Positions 20,589 through 37,472 of a stretch of 64,000 nt of DNA are shown here, in pieces. The first letter of the stretch is position 1. Each line of letters opens with the position of its first letter. Position numbers and translations under genes: made by a program. The stretch is from Candidatus Multivoradales bacterium (GTDB lineage Bacteria; Acidobacteriota; Thermoanaerobaculia; Multivoradales; JAHEKO01), in contig CBDFIJ010000004.1 of NCBI GenBank assembly GCA_965248055.1, forward strand, positions 1 to 64,000, written 5' to 3'. The notes under the pieces are model-generated. The model was not told where the DNA came from. It did not search any database and was given only the letters and a program-made list of their open reading frames with translations.

Positions 20589-21839
20589 TGACCTAGATCA
20601 AACACCTGTGAGACAGAGTCGTTAGTCGCCGAGGCTGTGGGGGATGTGGGAATCTCGTGAGAGATTTTCAAGGGCTGTGGGAAGGCAAGCGTAGCTGGCT
20701 TTCCACCAGCCCATCATCATCCACAGCCTTGACAAGTAAAAAGGGGGCCAAGATCCTTCGGGTCTATCGAATAACCCAAAACGAAGGGAGGCCCCCAGAT
20801 GCAAATCGTCGCACTCGATCCAAGTTTCTACAAGTACTACCGTGAAGACATCGTTGTCTTAAGCTCTCAGGCTCGTGATCGGCTGCGCTTGGTTGCGAGC
20901 TTCGAGCAACTACGCGACAAGGGGATCTCGGGTGAAAAAGCAGCTCAGATCTTGGGCAAGAGTCGAGCTACCCTTTACCGCTGGCGCAAACGCCTTGAGC
21001 GTGGCCCCCGACATCTAGAACCGATATCAAGCCGACCCAAGCGGGTGCGTAAGGCTGACTGGTCACCTGAATTGGTACAGAGAGTCGAAAGTCTCCGTCG
21101 GGACTTTCCTGCCTGGGGCAAGGAAACCTAGCGCCGCTGATCCAGGGCGAGGGCTTTGAGGTATCAGAAGCCACTGTCGGGCGTATCTTGCGCAAATTGA
21201 TGGATCGAGGGGTAATCCACCGGGTACGCTACCGGCGCCAGAAGTACAAAAACTCCCGGCGTATGCGCCGGCTCCACGCTCAGCGACTGCCGAAATGGTG
21301 TCCCCGACCAACGCGCCCTGGCGAGCGACTGCAGATCGACACGCTGCATCTGGTCCCTGCTCCAGGCAAGTGGCTCAAACACTTTTCAGCCTCCTGTCCG
21401 GTCAGCCGGTGGACAGTGGGAGAGATCTATCAACGTGCCACTTCTCGCTGTGCAGCACGCTTTCTAGACAAAGTCATTGCCGAGTGTCCGTTTGACATCA
21501 CCTCGATCCAAGTGGACGGTGGTAGTGAATTTATGGATGAATTTGAGAAAGCCTGCCGAGATAGAGGCATCACCCTCTATGTGCTGCCGCCAAAGAGTCC
21601 GAAGCTCAACGGCACCGTCGAACGAATGCAGGAAACCTGGAGAGGAGAGTTTTATGAAATGTATGAGCTACCCGATACTGTCTCGGCTTTGAGACCTTAC
21701 ATCCAGAGATTCCAGGACCTCTACAACACCTACAGGCCGCACAAGAGCTTGAAAAGAAAACCCCCGGCAAGGTACCTTCTAAAGCTCGACCCAGGGGTCG
21801 TGCTCCCGCCAACTGTCTCAAAGGTACTGATCTAGGACA
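20589..21839 (+). mobile_element. IS481-like insertion sequence
   Basis: Imperfect IRs TGACCTAGATCAAACACCTGTGAGACAG / CTGTCTCAAAGGTACTGATCTAGGACA; 5-bp TSD AGGCA at 20584-20588 and 21840-21844. Confidence 0.85.
20799..21835 (+). pseudogene. IS481-like DDE (rve) transposase, frameshifted near 21128
   Basis: HTH (SRATLYRWRKR), LQIDT, QVDGGSEF, NGTVER, YNTYRPH; adding one C at ~21128 restores WGKETLAPLI. Confidence 0.8.
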
Positions 21840-21844
21840 AGGCA

Positions 21845-21874
21845 TTGACTCGGCGCCCTCGCTTGGCCTAGGGT
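21845..21874 (+). promoter_or_regulatory. Putative sigma70 promoter for tRNA-Tyr
   Basis: TTGACT-N18-TAGGGT about 20 bp upstream of the tRNA. Confidence 0.4.
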
Positions 21875-21893
21875 TCACGGCTGGCCCGCGTAT

Positions 21894-21980
21894 GGAGGTG
21901 TGGCCGAGCGGTCAAAGGCAACAGACTGTAAATCTGTCGGGCAACGCCCTACGGTGGTTCAAATCCATCCACCTCCACCA
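21894..21980 (+). tRNA. tRNA-Tyr(GTA)
   Basis: Cloverleaf with CTGTAAA anticodon loop, long variable arm, TTCAAAT T loop, CCA. Confidence 0.95.
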
Positions 21981-22149
21981 TTTACTCAACATTAAAATCG
22001 GATCGCCATGGATCGTGCGAGAAGTGGGTCGACGGATGGTCGCTCATCTGGCCATCATGGCGGTTAGTTGTGGGTGGAGAAATGAGGGCATGATATAAGT
22101 GCGGCTATAGGCAAGACTATGATTCGCATTGAATCAGGAGGAATGAGGA

Positions 22150-22761
22150 ATGACACAAGGAAAAACGAGTTGGTGGCAGCGCCTGATGGGCAACAAGGAT
22201 GCCGTTGTTGATACCACGGAGGAAGGTGCGGACGTGGTCGATGGTTTTTCCGAAGGGGTTACCGAAGGAGTTAAGAACGTAGCTTCAGGAGCGGTCGCCG
22301 CCGCCGGGAATCTCGCCAGCACCGCCGTAGACAAGGCGGGGGACGCGGTTGATGTGGTGGTCGACGTTGCCGAGACCGGTATCGACAAGGCCGGAGACGT
22401 GGTTGAGGGCGCGGTGGATCTGGCCAGTGATGCGGCGTCCGCTACTAAGGACGCCGTGGTCGGTGCTGCTAGTGCCGTCGCCGAGACAGCTGGCAATGTG
22501 AAGGATGCAGCTTTCGACGCTGTCTCGGGTGCCGCTGACGCAGTAGAAGATGTTACCGAGGCCGCAGTAGATACGGCAGGCGATGCGGTCGAAGCGACTG
22601 CGGAGTTCGCCGGGGATGTTGCTGAAGGCACTGTGGATGTGGCTGAAGATGTTGTGGATGCTGTGGTCGATACCGCGGTCGATGTCAAAGACGCAGCCGT
22701 GGATTTGGCCTCGGATGCAGCTGACGCAGTTCTCGGCGACGACGATACCGGCAACGCCTAG
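22150..22761 (+). CDS. Acidic Ala/Val/Asp-rich protein with 11-mer repeats and an N-terminal SWWQRLMG motif
   Basis: AGGAGG/GAGG RBS; repeats such as DKAGDAVDVVV, DKAGDVVEGAV, DTAGDAVEATA, DLASDAADAVL. Confidence 0.8.
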   Translation: MTQGKTSWWQRLMGNKDAVVDTTEEGADVVDGFSEGVTEGVKNVASGAVAAAGNLASTAVDKAGDAVDVVVDVAETGIDKAGDVVEGAVDLASDAASATKDAVVGAASAVAETAGNVKDAAFDAVSGAADAVEDVTEAAVDTAGDAVEATAEFAGDVAEGTVDVAEDVVDAVVDTAVDVKDAAVDLASDAADAVLGDDDTGNA

Positions 22762-22793
22762 TTGCATTCGAAGCTGGCGCAACTGCAACCGCA

Positions 22794-22822
22794 TTGACAG
22801 GGTGGTGCGGTTTGGCCAGAAT
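22794..22822 (+). promoter_or_regulatory. Putative sigma70 promoter for tRNA-Gly
   Basis: TTGACA-N17-CAGAAT. Confidence 0.55.
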
Positions 22823-22879
22823 CCATCGCTCTGATGGCTCATCTTTGCGGCGGGTCATTGTGGGGAGTAACAGATCCGG

Positions 22880-22954
22880 GCGGGAGTAACTCAGTGGTAG
22901 AGTCTCGGCCTTCCAAGCCGTTGGTCGCGGGTTCGATCCCCGTCTCCCGCTCCA
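22880..22954 (+). tRNA. tRNA-Gly(TCC)
   Basis: GCGGGAG acceptor stem, CTTCCAA anticodon loop, TTCGAT T loop, CCA. Confidence 0.95.
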
Positions 22955-23064
22955 TTTTCTGTTCGACTGTTGGCTTTGAAGGTGGTTTTTAGTAGTCCCT
23001 GACCCTGGATTTTCAGCTTGAGCGGGGCGTGCGGGTGCGGTGGTTGGGTGTGGAAATTGGGGGG

Positions 23065-23093
23065 TTTACAGGGTGAAGTTTCTTGCATAAGAT
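23065..23093 (+). promoter_or_regulatory. Putative sigma70 promoter for tRNA-Thr-tuf
   Basis: TTTACA-N17-TAAGAT. Confidence 0.55.
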
Positions 23094-23158
23094 AGATCGG
23101 TTTTCGAGTCGTCCTCCCTCCACGGTGGGCTGTGGAGAGATGACGGCTCAATAACGGT

Positions 23159-23233
23159 GCCCACGTGGCTCAGGGGTAGAGCACTTCCTTGGTAAGGAAG
23201 GGGTCACCGGTTCAAATCCGGTCGTGGGCCCCA
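23159..23233 (+). tRNA. tRNA-Thr(GGT)
   Basis: GCCCACG acceptor stem, TTGGTAA anticodon loop, TTCAAAT T loop, CCA. Confidence 0.95.
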
Positions 23234-23324
23234 CCGGATACGGCGAGACGGTTAGTTAGTTCATTTTGATTGGTGGCGGACGACCGCACTGGATGGCCAA
23301 GGCACACAAACGGGAGAGTCGGAG

Positions 23325-24515
<1,191 letters not shown>

Positions 24516-24574
24516 CAGTAGTTCGAGGAATTAGAAGCGCAACAAGATAAGGACGACGAAAGTCATAGACGAAT

Positions 24575-24651
24575 AGGCCAGTAGCTCGAACTGGTAGAGC
24601 GTCGGTCTCCAAAACCGAGGGTTGGGGGTTCGAATCCCTCCTGGCCTGCCA
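24575..24651 (+). tRNA. tRNA-Trp(CCA)
   Basis: AGGCCAG acceptor stem, CTCCAAA anticodon loop, TTCGAAT T loop, CCA; canonical position before secE. Confidence 0.95.
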
Positions 24652-24667
24652 GCGTAGCCATCGACAC

Positions 24668-24880
24668 ATGAACCGTATTGCATATTTTTTCACCACCTTT
24701 CTTCCTGAAGTTAGGGCAGAGCTGTCGAAAGTCACCTTTCCTGGACGTAGCGAGGTGATCTCAACCACCATCGTGGTGATTATTGCCAGTGCGGTCTTTG
24801 CTTTCTTTTTATGGGCCGCTGACATGGTGATTGTCAACGTGTATGAGTTGGCCTTGAGGTTATTCGGAGGTGGTGCTTGA
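24668..24880 (+). CDS. secE: Preprotein translocase subunit SecE
   Basis: ELSKVTFP motif plus one TM segment; synteny. Confidence 0.93.
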   Translation: MNRIAYFFTTFLPEVRAELSKVTFPGRSEVISTTIVVIIASAVFAFFLWAADMVIVNVYELALRLFGGGA

Positions 24881-25410
24881 GCGAGATGGACTGGTACATT
24901 GTCCACACCTATTCAGGTTTTGAGGAGCGCGTGAAGCAGACGCTCTTACAGCGAGCTGAGGCTCGTGGTTTGGATGGCCTATTTGGCGACATTCGAATCC
25001 CTAAAGAGACCATCGTTGAGTACAAGGACGGGAAAAAGCGCGAAGTTGAACGCAAGTTTTTTCCTGGCTATATCTTGGTTGAAATGGAAATGAACGATGA
25101 GGCTTGGCACGTCGTTAAAGACACGCCCAAGGTCACTGGCTTTGTTGGCAGTGGTAAGAAGCCGACGCCTTTGAGTCAAAAGGAGGTCGATCAGATCTTG
25201 GATCAGGTGGTTCTGGCGAAAGAGAAGCCAAAACCAAAGTACATTTTCGACAAGGGTGAGCCGGTCAAAATTATTGACGGCCCATTCAACAACTTCAGTG
25301 GTGTGGTCGAAGATGTCAACCTTGACCGCAACACCCTCAAGGTGATGGTAACGATTTTTGGACGTGCGACTCCGGTGGAGTTGGACTTCATTCAGGTTCA
25401 GAAGCTGTAG
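24877..25410 (+). CDS. nusG: Transcription factor NusG
   Basis: [22 protein letters not shown] domain. Confidence 0.98.
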   Translation: MSEMDWYIVHTYSGFEERVKQTLLQRAEARGLDGLFGDIRIPKETIVEYKDGKKREVERKFFPGYILVEMEMNDEAWHVVKDTPKVTGFVGSGKKPTPLSQKEVDQILDQVVLAKEKPKPKYIFDKGEPVKIIDGPFNNFSGVVEDVNLDRNTLKVMVTIFGRATPVELDFIQVQKL

Positions 25411-25440
25411 TAGCGGGCGAGGACCGACGAGGCAAGTACA

Positions 25441-25866
25441 ATGGCGAAGAAAGTTATCGGGCAGATCAAGCTTCAGATCCCAGGCGCACAGGCCAATCCT
25501 GCGCCTCCGGTCGGTCCGGCTTTGGGGCAGGCAGGAGTCAATATTATGGACTTCTGCAAGGCGTTTAATGCCAAGACCCAGAGCGATCAGGGCACCATCA
25601 TTCCGGTGGTGATAACGGTTTTCGCTGACCGCAGTTTTAGCTTTATCACCAAGACGCCTCCGGCTGCGGTATTGCTTAAGCAGGCCGCTGGACTAGCCAA
25701 AGGGTCGGGAGAACCGAACCGCGAAAAGGTAGGCAAGGTGACCGACGCTCAACTCGAAGAGATCGCTAAGACCAAACAAGAGGATCTCAACGCGGCGAGC
25801 ATAGAAGCGGCGAAGAGGATTATTGCCGGCACGGCGCGCTCGATGGGAATCGAGATTCAAGGCTAG
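25441..25866 (+). CDS. rplK: 50S ribosomal protein L11
   Basis: [12 protein letters not shown]. Confidence 0.99.
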   Translation: MAKKVIGQIKLQIPGAQANPAPPVGPALGQAGVNIMDFCKAFNAKTQSDQGTIIPVVITVFADRSFSFITKTPPAAVLLKQAAGLAKGSGEPNREKVGKVTDAQLEEIAKTKQEDLNAASIEAAKRIIAGTARSMGIEIQG

Positions 25867-25877
25867 GAGTAAGGATC

Positions 25878-26585
25878 GTGGCAAAACACGGGAAAAAATT
25901 TCAACAAGCTCAGGAGGCCGTCGAGGCTCGGCCAATGTCGATGGATGAGGCGGTCCAGGTCGCCAAATCTGCGGCCTTCGCCAAGTTTGACGAGTCGATG
26001 GAGGTGGTTTTCCGCCTCGGCGTAGACCCGCGGCATGCGGACCAAATGGTGCGCGGAGCTGTGGTCTTGCCCCACGGAACAGGGAAAAGTCCACGGGTTG
26101 CGGTGTTTGCCACCGGTGAGAAAGTCAAAGAGGCTGAGGCTGCTGGAGCGGATGTTGCTGGTGGCGCAGAGTTAGCCGAGAAAGTGGCCGGTGGCTGGTT
26201 GGAGTTCGACGCCGTGGTCTCCACGCCCGACATGATGAAAGAAGTGGGGAAGCTGGGTCGGGTTCTCGGTCCTCGCGGACTGATGCCCAACCCTAAGGCT
26301 GGAACCGTGACCTTTGAAGTTGGCAAGGCGGTCGAGGAAATCAAGGCCGGTAAGGTTGAGTTTCGGGTCGACAAGACTGGCGCGCTGCAGGCTTCCTTCG
26401 GTCGCGTCTCTTTCGATGAAGCGCAGTTGAAGGAAAACTTAGTGAGCGTGGTTAGCGCGGTCGTCAAGGCCAAACCAGCGGCTGCCAAGGGTAAATATGT
26501 CAAGTCGATGAGCATTTCTTCGACCATGGGTCCCGGGATTCGACTGGATGAAGCCGCAGCGACCGCTGAAGCGATGGAGGCGTAA
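25878..26585 (+). CDS. rplA: 50S ribosomal protein L1
   Basis: [11 protein letters not shown]. Confidence 0.99.
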   Translation: MAKHGKKFQQAQEAVEARPMSMDEAVQVAKSAAFAKFDESMEVVFRLGVDPRHADQMVRGAVVLPHGTGKSPRVAVFATGEKVKEAEAAGADVAGGAELAEKVAGGWLEFDAVVSTPDMMKEVGKLGRVLGPRGLMPNPKAGTVTFEVGKAVEEIKAGKVEFRVDKTGALQASFGRVSFDEAQLKENLVSVVSAVVKAKPAAAKGKYVKSMSISSTMGPGIRLDEAAATAEAMEA

Positions 26586-26593
26586 GGGCAACC

Positions 26594-27115
26594 ATGCCAT
26601 TGACACGACAACAGAAAGAAGACCTGGCGAGCGGATACGCCGAATCGCTCGGCAAGGCAACTCACGCGTTTGTCGTCGGGTATCGTGGGATCACCGTCCC
26701 CGAAGTGACCGAACTTCGCGACCGCGTGCGTTCTTCCGGCGGCGAGTACATCGTGGTGAAAAACCGGATTGCCCGCAGAGCGTTGGTCGGCGGTACCACC
26801 GAAGGGCTGTTGGAGCATCTGGAAGGGCCTACTGCGGTGGCTTATAGCAGCGACGACCCGGTTGCTTTGGCCAAGGCATTGTCTGACTTCGCGGCCGATG
26901 TACCGGCCTTCGAGTTCAAGGCTGCGATCGTCGAAGGTCGAGAGATCGGTCCTGAAGAAATTGCTACTCTGGCAAGTCTGCCAAGTCGAGAAGAGTTGCT
27001 GAGCAAGCTGGTCTTTTTGCTGCAGTCCCCTGTGACCCGTTTCGTGAGAACTATGAATGCAATTCCGCAGCAATTCGTCAACGTGCTGCATCAGATAGCC
27101 GAGAAAAAGGGATAG
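26594..27115 (+). CDS. rplJ: 50S ribosomal protein L10
   Basis: [18 protein letters not shown]; synteny. Confidence 0.97.
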   Translation: MPLTRQQKEDLASGYAESLGKATHAFVVGYRGITVPEVTELRDRVRSSGGEYIVVKNRIARRALVGGTTEGLLEHLEGPTAVAYSSDDPVALAKALSDFAADVPAFEFKAAIVEGREIGPEEIATLASLPSREELLSKLVFLLQSPVTRFVRTMNAIPQQFVNVLHQIAEKKG

Positions 27116-27173
27116 CCCGGTCGGTTGCAAAATGAAAATTGGAACTAAACGCTAGCAAGCGAGGAGAATGACT

Positions 27174-27557
27174 ATGGCAGTTGCCACACAAGATTTCATC
27201 AAGCAGATCGACGAGATGTCGGTCCTGGAGCTCAATGAGCTGGTGAAGGAGTTGGAGGAGCACTATGGTGTTTCTGCCGCCGCCGCTGCAATGCCCGTGG
27301 CAGTTGCTGGTGGTGGTGCTGAAGCCGCAGGTGCTGCGGAAGAAAAAGACGAGTTCACGGTTATGTTGACCGAGATCGGTGACAAGAAGATCAACGTCAT
27401 TAAGGCGGTTCGTGAAGTCACCACTTTGGGTCTCAAGGAAGCCAAGGAACTGGTCGAGTCGGCTCCAGCAGCGATCAAGGAAGGCGTACCCAAAGACGAA
27501 GCAGAAGAGACAAAGGCGAAGTTCGAAGAAGCCGGAGCCAAGGTCGAGATTAAATAG
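27174..27557 (+). CDS. rplL: 50S ribosomal protein L7/L12
   Basis: [17 protein letters not shown]; start chosen by RBS spacing. Confidence 0.98.
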   Translation: MAVATQDFIKQIDEMSVLELNELVKELEEHYGVSAAAAAMPVAVAGGGAEAAGAAEEKDEFTVMLTEIGDKKINVIKAVREVTTLGLKEAKELVESAPAAIKEGVPKDEAEETKAKFEEAGAKVEIK

Positions 27558-27741
27558 GCCGAATCACTGCGATTTGATCGTGGTCTTTAAAGACCCCTAC
27601 GAGATCGAGTGCGCTCGTTTGCCGTATGCGGCAATTCGAGAGGGGCTCGGTCTACGTGCTTGAACAAACGTACAACCTCTATGAGGTTTGATCCTCTGTG
27701 GAGCGGCACCCTGTCGCTCTGGAATGGCTAGGAAGGTGCAA

Positions 27742-30700
27742 GTGAGCGACAACGGAAGAACCCAATTGGCCGGTGGCAAGTCGGCAACCAACGGCGACAA
27801 CGGAAATGGTACAGGTGGTGGTAATCGCGTGGATTTTTCGCGGATTACTGCGAGTCTGCCGATCCCCAACCTGATCGACGTGCAGCGAGGCTCTTATGAG
27901 CGTTTTCTGCAGATGAACTTACTCCCGAGTGAGCGCGATAATACCGGCCTGCAGTCGGTACTGACCTCGATCTTTCCGTTTTCTGATTTCCGCGAGACCT
28001 GTTCGCTGGATTTCGTCAAGTACTCAATCGGTGACTGGGAGTGCCGTTGCGGCGATCTCAAGGGCCTTGAGTACCTGCGCATGAATTGTTCGAGCTGTGG
28101 TGCTCGGATGATGACAGGACATCCTCACGACGAGACCGTCGATTGTCCAGAGTGCGGCACGGCCAATCAAAACTTGGTCTCCAAGTGCGATCGGTGTGGC
28201 AACGCGGTTGAACTTCAGCTCAAGTATGCGTTGGGCGAGTGCCAAGAGCGGGGTATGACTTACGCGGTGCCACTCAAGGTTACCTTCCGACTGTTTGTTT
28301 ACGACAAGGACCCTGAAACCGGCAAGCGACTGATGCGCGACGCCAAAGAGGAAGAAGTCTACTTTGGCGAAATTCCTCTGATGTCGGATCACGGCACCTT
28401 CATCATTAACGGTACCGAGAGAGTCATCGTCAGCCAGTTGCACCGTAGCCCGGGTGTGTTTTTCACCAAACAAGGCCCGCGGGCATTTCTCGCCAAGGTG
28501 ATCCCCTATCGCGGTTCCTGGGTGGAGTTTGAGTACGACCAGAAAGAAGTCCTCAATGTGCGCATCGACCGCAAGCGTAAGTTCGCTGGCACTATCTTCT
28601 TGCGCGCGCTGGGGCTGGAGAGCAATGAAGCGATCCTGCGCCGGTTCTATACCTCGTTCCCCTTGACGGTTGGTGCACGCGGTGGTTTGACGCTAACCGT
28701 GGGTACCGAAGCGCTGGATCAAGAGAAGCTGCGCGACCGTTATACCCGCGGAACTCGTGAGACCTATCCGTTGTTCGCTGGTCTTTCGCTCTCTCGTCAG
28801 GCGATCGCCAAGCTGGAGTCCGGCGAAGCACACGAGATCACGGTCAAGCCAACCGAACTGGAGCGCGGTCGGTTTGTCGCCGACGTTGTGGACACCGAGG
28901 TGGGCGAAGTTCTGTTTGAGGCCAACGAGGAATTCCCCGACGACTTTGATGAGCAGATCAAAGGTCGCAAGATCTCTGATGTCGAGCTGTTTTTCCCCGA
29001 TTGGGATCCCAGTGGCGCGGTTCTGTCCCATACCCTGACCAAAGACCAGACGCGAGATTCCAAGGATGCGCTGCTCGAGATTTATCGGCGCATGCGCCCT
29101 GGCGATCCGCCAACCTTGGATAGTGCTCGTTCGCTGTTCTACGGCATGTTCTTTGACGCCAAGCGCTACGACTTTTCGCGGGTTGGGCGTTTTAAGTTCA
29201 ACATCAAGCTAGATTCCGAAGTTCCGGTGGATCAGAAGACTCTTTCGGCAGACGACTTTTACAAAGTCGTCGAGTACCTAATGCGTTTGCATCGAGACAT
29301 TGGCCGAGTTGATGACATCGACAACCTCGGTAACCGTCGTGTGCGTACCGTTGGTGAGTTGCTGGAGAACCAGTTCCGCATCGGCTTGGTGCGTATGGAG
29401 AGGGCGATCAAGGAAAAGATGGGCGTGCATCAGGATATCGATTCAGCGATGCCGCACGACCTGATCAACTCCAAACCGGTAATCGCGGCGATCAATGAGT
29501 TTTTTGGCTCGTCGCAGTTGTCGCAGTTTATGGACCAAACCAACCCGCTTTCTGAGGTCACTCACAAGCGCCGCCTCTCTGCTCTCGGGCCAGGCGGTCT
29601 GTCTCGTGAGCGTGCAGGCTTTGAAGTGCGCGATGTGCACGCCTCTCACTACGGTCGGATCTGTCCGATTGAGACCCCTGAAGGTCCCAATATTGGGCTC
29701 ATCTCATCGTTGGCCACCTATGCGCGGATTAACCAGTACGGGTTTATCGAAAGCCCCTACATGAAGGTTGAAGACGGGCGGGTGATCGATCACCGCAAGG
29801 TGATTCGAGTTGGTGACGGCGATGTTCGCCTAGGCCAAATCCTGACCGCCGAAGAGGTGGCGGCGATCAACGTCACGCTGCGCAAACAGAAGAAGCGTCA
29901 GGTCGAGACCGAAGCCCACGCTTGGTATTTGACCGCCTGGGAAGAAGAGAAATACATCATTGCGCAGGCTAACGCCAAGGTCGACGACAAAGGCTATCTG
30001 GTCGGTGACGAAGTGATCGCGCGTTCTGGCGGTGACTTCATTACCGTTACCCGCGCGCGCGTCGACTACATGGACATCAGCCCGAAACAGTTGGTTTCGG
30101 TGGCGGCTGCGTTGATCCCGTTCCTCGAGCACGATGATGCCAACCGCGCGCTGATGGGCTCCAACATGCAACGGCAGGCTGTGCCGTTGTTGCAGGCGCA
30201 GTCGCCGATCGTCGGCACCGGCCTGGAGGAAACGGTAGCTCGTGACTCGGGTGCTGTGGTGCTGTGTAAGCGTGGTGGTGTTATCGATACCGTCGACGCT
30301 GAACGCATCATTGTGCGGGTCGCTGGCGAAGACCTGGAAACCGGTGAGCAGAAAGAATTTGGCGCAGACATTTACCAGTTGGTGAAATTCCGCCGCTCGA
30401 ATCAAAACACTTGTATTACCCAGCGACCTTTGGTGCATGCCGGCCAGAGAGTCGAGCAGGGTCAAGTGTTAGCTGACGGGCCGAACACCTCGAAAGGGGA
30501 GCTGGCCTTGGGCCGCAATGTTCTGGTCGCGTTTATGCCTTGGAGAGGCTACAACTTTGAAGACGCCATCTTGGTTTCCGAGAAGTTGGTCAAGGAAGAT
30601 GCTTTCACCTCGATTCATATCGAGGAGAAGGAAATCGAGGCACGCGACACCAAGCTTGGTCCGGAAGAGATCACGCGGGATATTCCTAATGTTGCTGAAA

Positions 30701-32046
30701 ATGCGTTGGCAAGCCTCGACGAGGCCGGGATCATTCACATTGGTGCCAAGGTTGCACCAGGGGATATTCTGGTCGGCAAGGTGACGCCAAAGGGTGAGAC
30801 TCAACTAACTCCAGAAGAGAAATTGCTGCGGGCGATTTTTGGCGAAAAGGCCGGTGATGTCCGGGACGCAAGTCTGCGGGTTTCTCCGGGAATCGAAGGC
30901 ACCGTGGTGGACGTCAAGATCTTCTCCCGCAAGGGGGTGGAAAAGGACGCTCGCGCTCGCGATATCGAACAAGCCGAGGTCGCGCGGTTGGAAAAGAACA
31001 TGCGCGACGAAGTGCGGATTCTGACCGAGGAACGCAACAAGAAGATCACTGAAGCTTTGACCGGTCAGAAGGCTACCGCTGCAGTCTCTGGCAGTGATGG
31101 GTCGGCCTTGATCGCCAAGGGCACAGCGATTAGCTATCAAGCACTCTCTCACATGACCCGAGCGCAGATTCTCAAACTGCAGATCAAGGACAAGAACTTA
31201 CTCAAGGCGGTCGGCGATTTCTACAAGAAGACCGATTCGCACATTGAGGTCCTCCATCAGGTCAACCAGGAGAAAATCGAGAGTCTTGAGACTGGCGATG
31301 AATTGCCTCCAGGGGTGATCAAGATGGTCAAGGTCTATGTCGCTATGAAGCGTCAGCTTCAGGTGGGCGACAAGATGGCGGGTCGTCACGGCAATAAGGG
31401 TGTGCTGTCGCGCATCTTGCCGGAAGAGGACATGCCGTATCTGCCGGATGGAACTCCGGTTGAGATTGTTCTCAACCCGTTGGGCGTTCCTAGCCGAATG
31501 AATGTTGGTCAAATTCTCGAAACCCATTTGGGTTGGGCGGGAGCAGCCCTCGGTCTCAAGTTTGCGACCGCTGTTTTTGACGGCGCGACCGAAACCGAGA
31601 TGAAGGGCTATCTCAAACAGGCTGGTTTACCGCTCTCGGGTAAGACCGCCTTGTTCGACGGCATGACTGGAGACAAGTTTGAGCAACAGGTCACCGTTGG
31701 GCAGATCTACATGCTCAAGTTGTCGCATTTGGTTGACGACAAGATCCACGCCCGCTCGATTGGCCCCTACTCGTTGATTACCCAGCAACCCTTGGGAGGT
31801 AAGGCCCAGTTTGGTGGTCAGCGTTTCGGTGAGATGGAGGTCTGGGCTCTCGAGGCCTACGGCGCGGCTTACACGCTGCAGGAACTCTTGACGGTTAAGA
31901 GTGACGATGTCGAAGGGCGCAGTCGTGCCTACGAGGCAATCGTTAAGGGTGCAGTACCGGAGGAACCGGGTCTCCCTGAATCGTTCAACGTATTGGTGCG
32001 TGAGCTACAGAGCTTGTGCTTAGACATCGAACTTATTAAGACATAG
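27742..32046 (+). CDS. rpoB: RNA polymerase beta subunit
   Basis: [39 protein letters not shown]; start may be 27724 or 27742. Confidence 0.99.
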   Translation: MSDNGRTQLAGGKSATNGDNGNGTGGGNRVDFSRITASLPIPNLIDVQRGSYERFLQMNLLPSERDNTGLQSVLTSIFPFSDFRETCSLDFVKYSIGDWECRCGDLKGLEYLRMNCSSCGARMMTGHPHDETVDCPECGTANQNLVSKCDRCGNAVELQLKYALGECQERGMTYAVPLKVTFRLFVYDKDPETGKRLMRDAKEEEVYFGEIPLMSDHGTFIINGTERVIVSQLHRSPGVFFTKQGPRAFLAKVIPYRGSWVEFEYDQKEVLNVRIDRKRKFAGTIFLRALGLESNEAILRRFYTSFPLTVGARGGLTLTVGTEALDQEKLRDRYTRGTRETYPLFAGLSLSRQAIAKLESGEAHEITVKPTELERGRFVADVVDTEVGEVLFEANEEFPDDFDEQIKGRKISDVELFFPDWDPSGAVLSHTLTKDQTRDSKDALLEIYRRMRPGDPPTLDSARSLFYGMFFDAKRYDFSRVGRFKFNIKLDSEVPVDQKTLSADDFYKVVEYLMRLHRDIGRVDDIDNLGNRRVRTVGELLENQFRIGLVRMERAIKEKMGVHQDIDSAMPHDLINSKPVIAAINEFFGSSQLSQFMDQTNPLSEVTHKRRLSALGPGGLSRERAGFEVRDVHASHYGRICPIETPEGPNIGLISSLATYARINQYGFIESPYMKVEDGRVIDHRKVIRVGDGDVRLGQILTAEEVAAINVTLRKQKKRQVETEAHAWYLTAWEEEKYIIAQANAKVDDKGYLVGDEVIARSGGDFITVTRARVDYMDISPKQLVSVAAALIPFLEHDDANRALMGSNMQRQAVPLLQAQSPIVGTGLEETVARDSGAVVLCKRGGVIDTVDAERIIVRVAGEDLETGEQKEFGADIYQLVKFRRSNQNTCITQRPLVHAGQRVEQGQVLADGPNTSKGELALGRNVLVAFMPWRGYNFEDAILVSEKLVKEDAFTSIHIEEKEIEARDTKLGPEEITRDIPNVAENALASLDEAGIIHIGAKVAPGDILVGKVTPKGETQLTPEEKLLRAIFGEKAGDVRDASLRVSPGIEGTVVDVKIFSRKGVEKDARARDIEQAEVARLEKNMRDEVRILTEERNKKITEALTGQKATAAVSGSDGSALIAKGTAISYQALSHMTRAQILKLQIKDKNLLKAVGDFYKKTDSHIEVLHQVNQEKIESLETGDELPPGVIKMVKVYVAMKRQLQVGDKMAGRHGNKGVLSRILPEEDMPYLPDGTPVEIVLNPLGVPSRMNVGQILETHLGWAGAALGLKFATAVFDGATETEMKGYLKQAGLPLSGKTALFDGMTGDKFEQQVTVGQIYMLKLSHLVDDKIHARSIGPYSLITQQPLGGKAQFGGQRFGEMEVWALEAYGAAYTLQELLTVKSDDVEGRSRAYEAIVKGAVPEEPGLPESFNVLVRELQSLCLDIELIKT

Positions 32047-32060
32047 AGCGGAGGAATCAA

Positions 32061-36245
<4,185 letters not shown>

Positions 36246-36336
36246 CGCGCAGGCCTAGCCAGTTGCGCCAGAGAGGCGCTGCATAGCTGGGCAAAATACA
36301 ATTCATTGCGACGGCGAGTCGAGCGTCGAGCTGTGC

Positions 36337-36365
36337 TTGACGCGGGGCTCGTCCGTTGCTAACCT
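36337..36365 (+). promoter_or_regulatory. Putative sigma70 promoter of the str operon
   Basis: TTGACG-N17-TAACCT with extended -10 TG. Confidence 0.55.
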
Positions 36366-36527
36366 GCGGGAGTTTTCGCCCCAAAAAATGGTCTATTGAC
36401 CGTTGGGCGATTTACCCCTCTAAGTAGAGGAACTCTCAGTACAGCCGCGGATCTTTTAGGAAGATCTGTGGCTAGGGGGATTCGTCGCTTTGGTGAATGG
36501 AGAAGACACGAAAAGAACGAGAAAAAG

Positions 36528-36902
36528 ATGCCGACGATTCAACAACTAGTCCGTAAAGGGCGCAAGCGCATGGTGTCCAAAACCAAGAGCCCTGCGCTGC
36601 AGAGTTCACCGCAACGGCGGGGGGTCTGCGTGCGTGTCTATACCCAAACTCCCAAGAAGCCGAACTCGGCTTTGCGCAAGGTTGCGCGTGTCCGGTTGAC
36701 CAACGGTATTGAGGTCACCACCTACATTCCAGGAGTGGGGCATAACCTCCAGGAGCATTCGATTGTGCTCATTCGGGGTGGTCGCGTGAAGGACCTCCCA
36801 GGTGTGCGCTATCACGTAATCCGTGGTGCCCTGGATGCGATTGGCGTGCAGGATCGCCGTCAGCGCCGTTCGAAGTATGGAACCAAGAGGCCAAAGTCTT
36901 AA
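36528..36902 (+). CDS. rpsL: 30S ribosomal protein S12
   Basis: [26 protein letters not shown]. Confidence 0.99.
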   Translation: MPTIQQLVRKGRKRMVSKTKSPALQSSPQRRGVCVRVYTQTPKKPNSALRKVARVRLTNGIEVTTYIPGVGHNLQEHSIVLIRGGRVKDLPGVRYHVIRGALDAIGVQDRRQRRSKYGTKRPKS

Positions 36903-36941
36903 TTGGCTGTGATTGAGATTCTAGGAGCACAAGAGAAAGCG

Positions 36942-37412
36942 ATGCCCAGACGGCGCGAAATTACGAAACGAGAGGTTCTTCCTGACCCGTTGTACAACTC
37001 TCAACTGGTGACCAAGTTTGTCAACTTGATCATGTTAGATGGTAAGAAGACGGTTGCAGAGCGAATTCTCTACGACGCCCTCATTTTGATAGAGGAGCGT
37101 ACTGAAACCGATCCAATGAAGGTGTTTACCCGTGCGGTAGATAACGTCAAGCCGACGGTCGAGGTGAAATCCCGTAGGGTCGGTGGCTCGACCTATCAGA
37201 TTCCGGTTGAAGTACGACCGAGCCGACGTCTTGCCTTGTCGTTTCGTTGGTTGTTGGCAAGTGCCCGCAGTCGAGGCGAGAAGACGATGCGTGAACGGTT
37301 GGCTGCGGAGCTTCTAGAAGCTTCGGAGAGCCGCGGTGGTGCAGTGAAGAAAAAGGAAGATACTCATCGGATGGCCGAAGCCAACAAGGCTTACGCTCAT
37401 TACCGATGGTAG
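36942..37412 (+). CDS. rpsG: 30S ribosomal protein S7
   Basis: [24 protein letters not shown]. Confidence 0.99.
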   Translation: MPRRREITKREVLPDPLYNSQLVTKFVNLIMLDGKKTVAERILYDALILIEERTETDPMKVFTRAVDNVKPTVEVKSRRVGGSTYQIPVEVRPSRRLALSFRWLLASARSRGEKTMRERLAAELLEASESRGGAVKKKEDTHRMAEANKAYAHYRW

Positions 37413-37472
37413 GAACTCGGAGGAGGCTGTCGTAACTCGTGGATTTCCGCAAGGCGCAACGGCAGTTTTATT

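Noticed and set aside
22134-22842. Antisense Ser/Thr/Ala-rich ORFs
   Set aside because: Mirror frames of the + strand repeat protein, which has the RBS
25910-27130. 406-aa antisense ORF over rplA-rplJ, and similar long antisense ORFs over rpoC, rplXE, secY and rpoA
   Set aside because: Shadow frames of conserved GC-rich genes, with no motifs or RBS
36443-36474. Hairpin AGCCGCGGATCTT...AAGATCTGTGGCT in the rpsL leader as a novel ncRNA
   Set aside because: A single hairpin in a ribosomal leader; no family can be assigned without covariation data
36396-36527. N-terminal extension of S12, and similar extensions of S7, S10, RpoB and the IS256 transposase in the ORF track
   Set aside because: Upstream alternative starts; conserved N-termini and RBS positions indicate later starts
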